Positions 57,415 through 64,000 of a DNA stretch of 64,000 bases are shown in pieces. Position numbers and translations under genes: made by a program. Source of the stretch: a virus (Duplodnaviria; Caudoviricetes); the IMG/VR virus record IMGVR_UViG_3300028925_005152, positions 126 through 64,125 of that record; one strand, given 5' to 3'. Numbering within the stretch: position 1 is the first letter of the stretch; every line of letters begins with the position of its first letter. Below the pieces are notes generated by a model, which did no database searches, was not told the DNA's origin, and saw only the letters and a list, made by a program, of their open reading frames with translations.

Positions 57415-58830
57415 TTAAACCTTGAAATCGTTGTATGCAGCCATGCGTTTATCGGCTGTAGATTTTGATCCAAAGCTTGTATTGTCAAATACTGGTTTAT
57501 CTTGACCACTATCTACCAAGTCCTCTTGTTCTCTATTATCTACATCATACAATCTCATTTTACTTCTGTCAATACCTAAAACGAATCTTTTGTTCATAGT
57601 AGGGTCATTGTATCGGTTTTTGAGTTGTTTTACTACAATTTGGTTTAATCCATCAAGTTCTTCATTAGATATGAGAGCAAACATAAAATCTGCTGTCGCG
57701 GGTAAACCAAACGATTCAGATGTGTCCTCAAGTCCAATGTCGGTTGAAGTGAATCCACCTCTCGTTGTCTGTGTTGCTGACATGATCGGTACATTAGTTT
57801 CAACGGCAAGTCCTCTAAGTTCTTCTGCAATACTCTTGATATAAGTGTAAGAGTTGACATTAGCTGCACCTTTCAATCTACTTGATGCACATATATTTAG
57901 ATAGTCAATAAAAATCATATCTGGTTTGAAAGACCTTTTGATTGATAGTTCTTTGAGCAAACCACGAAAGTGTGCAGAGTGAGCAGATGCAGTTGGATAC
58001 TCTTTGATAATTAACTTACCATTAGTCTTTTTCTGAATTTTCTTAATCTTGTTTTCAAACATAGACTTTGGTAGATCGTGCAAGTCTTCCATAGAAACAT
58101 TCAGTAGGTTTGCATCAATGCGTTCTGCGATGCGTTCCTCAGCCATTTCTAAAGTTATGTAGAGTACATTCTTACCTTGAGATAAACAGTTTGCAGCCAT
58201 GTGACACATAAACAGAGATTTACCAACACCTGTACCAGCCAGTGCAATATTCAAAGTCTTCTGTGGTAATCCACCCTTTGTAATCTTGTTGAAAAACTCT
58301 AGGTCAAATGGTATGCGTTCTTCTATTTTATGATAGAAGTCAAATCTTGCGATGCTGTCGTCAAAGTAATCATGACCAACAGCATTATCAAAAGATACGG
58401 CAAGGGCATCTGTGAGCAGACTTGGTATAGAGTCTGCGCCACGATTCTTATCTTTTCCATCAATAATTGATATACCTTCAACAATTGCATTGTAAATCGC
58501 CTTATCTTTACAGAACTTTTCAGTAGTATCAACCAACCACTCCATATCAACATCTGTTGCATCAAGTGTTTTGAGAATCTCTACAATCTTTTGGTGTTCG
58601 TTTTCGGTTAAATCTTTACGAGTTTCAATCTCAATCTCTAAAGAAATCTTTGTTGGCATCTTTCGATACTTATCAACAAAACTTGTAATTTCTTCAAAGA
58701 CGACTCGTTCTTCTTTGACAGCAAAATAATCTGGTTTAATGAATGGTAATACCTTTCGGCAATATTCTTCATTATGGACTAAATTACTTAACGCTGTCCG
58801 TTCTATCGTTTGGTTCGTCAATTGATCCAT
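57415..58830 (-). CDS. 41: Replicative helicase gp41
   Basis: AGTGVGKSL, LEMAEE-IAERIDAN, KEYPT, DYLN, SESFGLPATAD, KQLKNRY. Confidence 0.97.
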   Translation of the reverse strand: MDQLTNQTIERTALSNLVHNEEYCRKVLPFIKPDYFAVKEERVVFEEITSFVDKYRKMPTKISLEIEIETRKDLTENEHQKIVEILKTLDATDVDMEWLVDTTEKFCKDKAIYNAIVEGISIIDGKDKNRGADSIPSLLTDALAVSFDNAVGHDYFDDSIARFDFYHKIEERIPFDLEFFNKITKGGLPQKTLNIALAGTGVGKSLFMCHMAANCLSQGKNVLYITLEMAEERIAERIDANLLNVSMEDLHDLPKSMFENKIKKIQKKTNGKLIIKEYPTASAHSAHFRGLLKELSIKRSFKPDMIFIDYLNICASSRLKGAANVNSYTYIKSIAEELRGLAVETNVPIMSATQTTRGGFTSTDIGLEDTSESFGLPATADFMFALISNEELDGLNQIVVKQLKNRYNDPTMNKRFVLGIDRSKMRLYDVDNREQEDLVDSGQDKPVFDNTSFGSKSTADKRMAAYNDFKV

Positions 58831-59203
58831 CCTCTGCTTGAGTTATAATAATATGGTATAGAATATCTCCAATAAGTTTAAAGAAATCTTCTCCAAACTT
58901 TTCTTTGTCGTATCCATTGTTCTCTATTATATCATATTTAAACTCTAAACGCAATGCCTCTCCATCAACTATTTTAGATTCATCTGGAATAGTGACTTGG
59001 CCATACTTATAGACGACACCAGAATAATCTGTTTCATCTGTAAGACCAATGCAAGTAACATCTGGTTCTTCTTTGGTGTTAAGAAAAAGAAATTTCTTTG
59101 TGATGGGGTCTTGTAGAATTTGTTCTACTGTTGGTAAACTAGTAGGTGCATCAGCAGTTTTACTTCTAATTGGTTGACCGAATTGGTCTAATAACTCAGA
59201 CAT
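58784..59203 (-). CDS. gp40-like protein
   Basis: Lies between uvsX and 41, as gene 40 does in T4; YKYG-V, F-YDI, IGDIL. Confidence 0.45.
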   Translation of the reverse strand: MSELLDQFGQPIRSKTADAPTSLPTVEQILQDPITKKFLFLNTKEEPDVTCIGLTDETDYSGVVYKYGQVTIPDESKIVDGEALRLEFKYDIIENNGYDKEKFGEDFFKLIGDILYHIIITQAEDGSIDEPNDRTDSVK

Positions 59204-59744
59204 ATTTTAAATAACTCCCTAATATATATTTTGGTTTATTGACTGGTTTTTCTCCAGCATGTAGCCAAGGCCACAACGGTGGAAACATTAATAGTGTTCC
59301 CTTCTTGCACTCTGATGTTATATCCATTTGTGGAAACATAGTTGAACCACTATCGTTGTTATCTAGATATAAAAAGAAGCTAAGAAATCTTTTGCAAGTA
59401 TTTGAATCTTTGGAATCAACATGAGGCCCGAATTGGTCAACATCATCTGGTAAATACCGTTTTATTCTAAATGATTCAACTGAGTATTTATTGGGCCACA
59501 TTACTGGCTCAATCTTGCAATCCTTTTTGTATGTCGCGACATTTTGCTTAAAAATATCTACAAGGTACATAATGTCTTTGTTCCAGACTTGTGTGTCTGG
59601 ACGCATCATTTCAAGGTGTGTTAAAGACATTAAGCCCTGAGATAGTTTCTCTTGATGTTCTGGGTGGGATTCAAACTTTTCAATCAAACCATCACAGAAA
59701 TCATCGGTCACTACATTGTCATACTTTCTAATATAGTTATCCAT
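59196..59744 (-). CDS. 2OG-Fe(II) oxygenase
   Basis: RIKRY, HVD, FLYLD, FPPLWPWLHAG, KYI. Confidence 0.85.
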   Translation of the reverse strand: MDNYIRKYDNVVTDDFCDGLIEKFESHPEHQEKLSQGLMSLTHLEMMRPDTQVWNKDIMYLVDIFKQNVATYKKDCKIEPVMWPNKYSVESFRIKRYLPDDVDQFGPHVDSKDSNTCKRFLSFFLYLDNNDSGSTMFPQMDITSECKKGTLLMFPPLWPWLHAGEKPVNKPKYILGSYLKYV

Positions 59745-60802
59745 TAACTTTCAGATTCTTCCTCTACTTCATCTTCAAGAAGCACATCTGTTTGACCATA
59801 CTTAAACTCTTTACTAGCTGCAGCGTCAAGTTGTTGCATCACATCTTCTGTAAAGTATTTTTTTGGATTGTTATTAATCGTTTTGGCAAACTGTGTAGTA
59901 CCATCAGGAAGTTCTATGCGAGTTGATATTTGTTTAAATATATCATACTTGATAGCTAGTTCCAATAGTCCGTAGTATCTATCAAGTCCTTTTTCATATG
60001 ACAGACGAACATCAACCATTTTGTTCTCAATGGTCAATCGTGACTTATGGTTCTTACAATGAACAATATTACCAACAACTTCTGTACCGTCCTTATCTTT
60101 CTTCTTAGATAGGAATATAATAGATGAAGCTGCGTATTTCAGTCCAGAACCACCACCCATTTCTTTCGTGGCGAATAATCCCATTGAATCATAAGTGTGG
60201 TTAGTAACAACCATAGGTACTTTTGCACGACCAAGTTTCAAAGTCAATACTCTAAATGCAGCTTTAAGAACTTGAGCCCTTGTCATATCTCGTGTTTCTT
60301 TACCATCAGAAGTATCTTCTACTTCTTTGGTAGTAGATAACATACCCAATGAATCAAGTGCCATCATAATTGGACGCCTATCAGATTCTTTCTTTGCGAG
60401 ATATGAATCTAATATTTTAAGTGCTTGTGTTCTAAATTCTTGTACTGTTGTGACAGGAATGATAACCATTCTTTTAGGGTCAATTCCACGATCAACTACC
60501 ATTGATTTTGTAATCGCACTTTCTGATTCAAAGTACAAAACACCCGCCTCAGGATTTTCATCGAGAAACGCTTTGACCATACCCATTACAAAGAAAGTCT
60601 TACCTGTGGCACTTTCACCAGCAATCGCTGTTATCTTATTAGCTGGTAATCCACCATTGATACTACCGGATAATAACGCATTGAAAATGTAACTTCCAGT
60701 GTCAATAAACGAATCACAATCTCCTGCTTCTACACCATCAGAAACTAGTGATGCGTATTCATTACCTGTTTGTTTAATAATATCCTTTAAAAAATCACTC
60801 AT
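59744..60802 (-). CDS. uvsX: RecA-like recombinase UvsX
   Basis: [37 protein letters not shown]. Confidence 0.96.
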   Translation of the reverse strand: MSDFLKDIIKQTGNEYASLVSDGVEAGDCDSFIDTGSYIFNALLSGSINGGLPANKITAIAGESATGKTFFVMGMVKAFLDENPEAGVLYFESESAITKSMVVDRGIDPKRMVIIPVTTVQEFRTQALKILDSYLAKKESDRRPIMMALDSLGMLSTTKEVEDTSDGKETRDMTRAQVLKAAFRVLTLKLGRAKVPMVVTNHTYDSMGLFATKEMGGGSGLKYAASSIIFLSKKKDKDGTEVVGNIVHCKNHKSRLTIENKMVDVRLSYEKGLDRYYGLLELAIKYDIFKQISTRIELPDGTTQFAKTINNNPKKYFTEDVMQQLDAAASKEFKYGQTDVLLEDEVEEESES

Positions 60803-60804
60803 AT

Positions 60805-61221
60805 TTAAATGTCTCCTTCTTTTCTACTTGCAGATCGTAAAGCATCAAATCCTTCGGGGTAGCGATCAGATAACTTTTCGATGTTAATGTCTAGTATTTC
60901 TTCAAACGAGGTGTCAAGTGCCATACAGGCCTGAGCCATATACCAGCAAATATCTCCTAGTTCTTTCTTGAGATGCAACTTGGTGTAATCATCATATTCA
61001 GCACCTTGAAAGACTACCTTCTTGATAATATCATTCAGCTCTCCTACTTCACCAGAAAGTCCTATTCCGGCAGTAAGTAGTCGTGATACCTTTGCACCTT
61101 GTTCTTCCATTATACCAATTGTGTCAATTAGACTTTTAGTCGATTGAGTAGATTCACTACTCACCGCATCAACAAAACTAACATATTCTTCAAACTTACT
61201 AACTGTAAGGTCATCATCCAT
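60805..61221 (-). CDS. mazG: MazG NTP pyrophosphohydrolase
   Basis: [29 protein letters not shown]. Confidence 0.9.
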   Translation of the reverse strand: MDDDLTVSKFEEYVSFVDAVSSESTQSTKSLIDTIGIMEEQGAKVSRLLTAGIGLSGEVGELNDIIKKVVFQGAEYDDYTKLHLKKELGDICWYMAQACMALDTSFEEILDINIEKLSDRYPEGFDALRSASRKEGDI

Positions 61222-61230
61222 TATATTCTC

Positions 61231-61953
61231 CTATTTAATTGCAATTGCACCAACGAACATATGATTTCTCCAGAAGGGTTGAACCTCTTGAAATCCTGCC
61301 ATTAGTAACATTTCTTGTATCTCTGCCCATGTATTTGGTTTCATCATTGAACGCAAAGTAACTTCTTTATTCATAATATCATCTGTAGTAAATGATTTTC
61401 TTTTGTGGTCATAATAATTAAATGTCAACATATCTTGATGTCTTGCTGATTCGCAGATTGTCTTTTCTGCAAAAATATATGCACCACCATCATTAAGACC
61501 TTCCCAAATGGAGTCAATAACATTCTGTCTATCCTTCTTGGGCATAAACTGTAAAGTAAAGATAGATGTTACTAGTGATGCGTTTTTAATTATTGTGTTG
61601 CGAATGTCCTGCTGATGAAAGTATACCTTTGTTTTACTACTTTCACCCACACCTAACAATTGTCTGACAGTCTTATTTATTTCTGCGTGACGCAGTTTAA
61701 GTTCTTCTTGAAACCCATCAGCAATCTCAATACCATACCATTTTGCATTAGTACAATGGTCAAAATTAGCTTCAACCAATCTCTGTGTCATTTTGCCAGT
61801 AGAACACCCAATATCATAAACATTAGTATCGTTCTCAACAAAATGTCGTGATAGTGACACCACATCATCAAGCAAGTAACTGTAACCACGAATTGATTTG
61901 TCAATATGTTCATCGAAACCTTCTTCTCTGTGTGCAAATGTAAAATCAACCAT
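61231..61953 (-). CDS. cmoA: CmoA-like carboxy-SAM synthase
   Basis: FD-HI-SI-GY, VYDIGCSTG, FTLQF, L-GG-IFAEK, AGF-V-FW; likely start MVDF. Confidence 0.8.
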   Translation of the reverse strand: MVDFTFAHREEGFDEHIDKSIRGYSYLLDDVVSLSRHFVENDTNVYDIGCSTGKMTQRLVEANFDHCTNAKWYGIEIADGFQEELKLRHAEINKTVRQLLGVGESSKTKVYFHQQDIRNTIIKNASLVTSIFTLQFMPKKDRQNVIDSIWEGLNDGGAYIFAEKTICESARHQDMLTFNYYDHKRKSFTTDDIMNKEVTLRSMMKPNTWAEIQEMLLMAGFQEVQPFWRNHMFVGAIAIK

Positions 61954-63142
61954 TATATTTCTCCAATACTTTCTCATAAACAGATGTTGCAATTTTTTCC
62001 ATCATAATCGGGGGAACCATTCTTCCTATCCTCTCAGATTTCTGATTCCACTTACCTGTAAGCTTGAAATCATCTGGTAGTGATTGTATTCTTTTTAGTT
62101 CACCTAGTGTCAGCTTGCGTGGTTCAATCCAATGAAATGCACCAGCAGTTGTATCAGCACTACCCATTGCAGTTAAAGTTGGTGCTGGCGCATATTGCGA
62201 CACACGTTTTAGATTGAAGTGGTGTCCTTTAGGGTGATAATCACCGCCAGTAAGAACCTTTTCGGGGTCAATTGGCATAATACTTCCTGTTTGTTTCCAG
62301 TATGCAGTATTAGTAAACTTCTCGGTTAGATATTTTACTTCTTCTTTATCATATTCTAAATCAATCATTACATCTTTTACTGGAATAGTCTCACGACTTG
62401 GTTCTGGAAATATGCTTGATAGGGTCATAAAGTTCAATCCTACAGCTTCAGCAACATCCTCACGAACCGCAATAAAGATAACCCTTGTTCTGGTTTGTGA
62501 TACTCCATAATACCTACTATCTAGAACTTGGGCACAGACATCATACCCAATACTCTCAAAGGTTTTTAGAATCTTGTTATACATCTGACGAGCTTCACCG
62601 ATAGTCAATCCTTTTACATTCTCTGCAATAATTACTTTAGGTTTGATTTCTTCTGCAATACGCAGAAACTCAAAAAACAAGTCTTCGATGTTTTCTACAG
62701 TCTTACCATCAGAATAATTCTTAGTCTGATTCCACCCATCACTATGTTTTCCACTGACCTTTTCAAGAGTGACATTTCCAAAAAGGTCGACTCGTTCTTC
62801 TTCGAGTGAATTGTGTGATAACTTACCCGCCACAGAGAATGCAGAACATGGTGGACTTCCATCTAGGATATCAATCTCACCTACACCGACACCTGCCGCA
62901 TCTAAAAAGTCTTGGCCAGTGAGTGCTTTAATGTCTCCAGATAAAATTGGTGTGTCTGGATAGTTTTCTTTGTAAGTATTTACAGCTTCTTCAACGAACT
63001 CATTGACGCAAAGAACTTTACCACCCGCAAGACGGTAGCCTGTGGAACTGCCACCACCTCCTGCAAAGGTGGAGATGACTTTAAATTTTTCTTGTGCAGA
63101 CGCATCATATACGTCTTTTAAATTATATGGTTTATATTTCAT
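61946..63142 (-). CDS. C5-cytosine DNA methyltransferase-like enzyme
   Basis: FAGGGG, GSPPC, ENV, Q-R-R, RIQSLPD-F, GRMVPP. Confidence 0.9.
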   Translation of the reverse strand: MKYKPYNLKDVYDASAQEKFKVISTFAGGGGSSTGYRLAGGKVLCVNEFVEEAVNTYKENYPDTPILSGDIKALTGQDFLDAAGVGVGEIDILDGSPPCSAFSVAGKLSHNSLEEERVDLFGNVTLEKVSGKHSDGWNQTKNYSDGKTVENIEDLFFEFLRIAEEIKPKVIIAENVKGLTIGEARQMYNKILKTFESIGYDVCAQVLDSRYYGVSQTRTRVIFIAVREDVAEAVGLNFMTLSSIFPEPSRETIPVKDVMIDLEYDKEEVKYLTEKFTNTAYWKQTGSIMPIDPEKVLTGGDYHPKGHHFNLKRVSQYAPAPTLTAMGSADTTAGAFHWIEPRKLTLGELKRIQSLPDDFKLTGKWNQKSERIGRMVPPIMMEKIATSVYEKVLEKYNG

Positions 63143-63960
63143 TATTTCATAAATCCTTCTAGTGTTGATGTATTATTTAGCATGCTCCAATCACGACAAA
63201 TATCCATCACCCTTGTCCTATTTTTAAAATTGATTTCTTTATTATCAATTAATTTATCGAACAAGTCTATTATACCAGAATCTATCTGTAAGTTCAAGTG
63301 TTTTTTCACATTTCCTATCAATTTAAATTCATCAAACGCATTTCTTACATGGTGCTTTTGAAGGGGCTTATTCAGTTCGTCCCAACTCTTACTATAAAAG
63401 AATTGTTTAACTGAATCGTCAAGGTATGGTGTAATAAATATTTTTCTATGGGCATCAGATACTTTTTTGTGCCAGATATAATTTGCACACTTATCAGGCT
63501 TAAAGTAATTATCCCTAAACTCATCAAATAATTCTTGTGTGTGTTTGTAATTAATTTGAGCCTTTTTACTAATTCCATAGTATCCATCTGCGGCCCAACC
63601 TGAAATAACATATTTCTGTGATATTTGAGGATAAACATACAAAAAGGCGTAAGTACATTCTACACTTGTTTTAGATTTGCAACCAAGTTCGATTAGTCTG
63701 TGAAAGTCTTTAACTAGATTATTAGTTGGAATTATAATTTCAGTAAATTTCCAATCAAATTGTTTTGCAATTTCTTTGGCCTTTTCAAAATCGTAAGAGG
63801 TGTGAGTATCCAAACGAAAACTATATGCATGATTTTTTTTACCTAAGTTAGCAGCTGCAAAGGCTACTGATATAGAATCAACACCGCCAGATAGCAAGAC
63901 GGCAATCTCACTATCTGGTGCGTTCTTTTCAATATGATTTTCTAAAAGGGTTTTAATCAT
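63142..63960 (-). CDS. Asparagine-synthase-like ATP-dependent amide ligase
   Basis: LLSGGVDS PP-loop, SG-AD-G, PYLD, K-VRNAF; no glutaminase domain. Confidence 0.8.
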   Translation of the reverse strand: MIKTLLENHIEKNAPDSEIAVLLSGGVDSISVAFAAANLGKKNHAYSFRLDTHTSYDFEKAKEIAKQFDWKFTEIIIPTNNLVKDFHRLIELGCKSKTSVECTYAFLYVYPQISQKYVISGWAADGYYGISKKAQINYKHTQELFDEFRDNYFKPDKCANYIWHKKVSDAHRKIFITPYLDDSVKQFFYSKSWDELNKPLQKHHVRNAFDEFKLIGNVKKHLNLQIDSGIIDLFDKLIDNKEINFKNRTRVMDICRDWSMLNNTSTLEGFMK

Positions 63961-64000
63961 GCAACTAATTGTTCCATATAATCATTCAAGCTCATAGTTC

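Noticed and set aside
1-64000. tRNA/rRNA genes and stop-codon reassignment
   Set aside because: No cloverleaf or T-loop signature seen in the short intergenic gaps; core genes are intact in the standard code and end at TAA, TAG and TGA.

Overview
A 64-kb piece of an AT-rich (roughly one-third GC by eye), T4-like myovirus genome, most similar in gene content to marine phages of heterotrophic Proteobacteria. Most genes are on the minus strand. Core T4-like genes: gp43, gp41, gp61, gp32, gp33, uvsX, rnh, baseplate gp53/48/54/26/51, gp2, gp4 and a tape-measure-like gene. Regulatory signals: TATAAATA late promoters and sigma70-like early promoters. Metabolic genes: iscU, iscA, glyA, phoH, class II nrdJ, two MazG and three 2OG-Fe(II) oxygenases. 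Highlights: (1) a late operon joining curli secretion genes (csgF, csgG, two curlin-like proteins) to a FecR protein and a CHASE2 adenylate cyclase, next to spanin/holin-like genes, which may be a trans-envelope signalling system; (2) a CmoA + C5-MTase-like + asparagine-synthase-like cytosine hypermodification trio, with a sequence footprint across the window (no GGWCC found; CCNGG found only as GCCNGG); (3) enzymes and modular polyproteins carrying T4 internal-protein-like capsid-targeting leaders; (4) a predicted -1 frameshift fusing gp26 to gp51; (5) a four-gene paralog array with a repeated structured RNA leader; (6) a hairpin RNA whose loop is complementary to the phage GAGAG-type ribosome-binding sites. 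All calls come from reading motifs by eye; no database searches were run.
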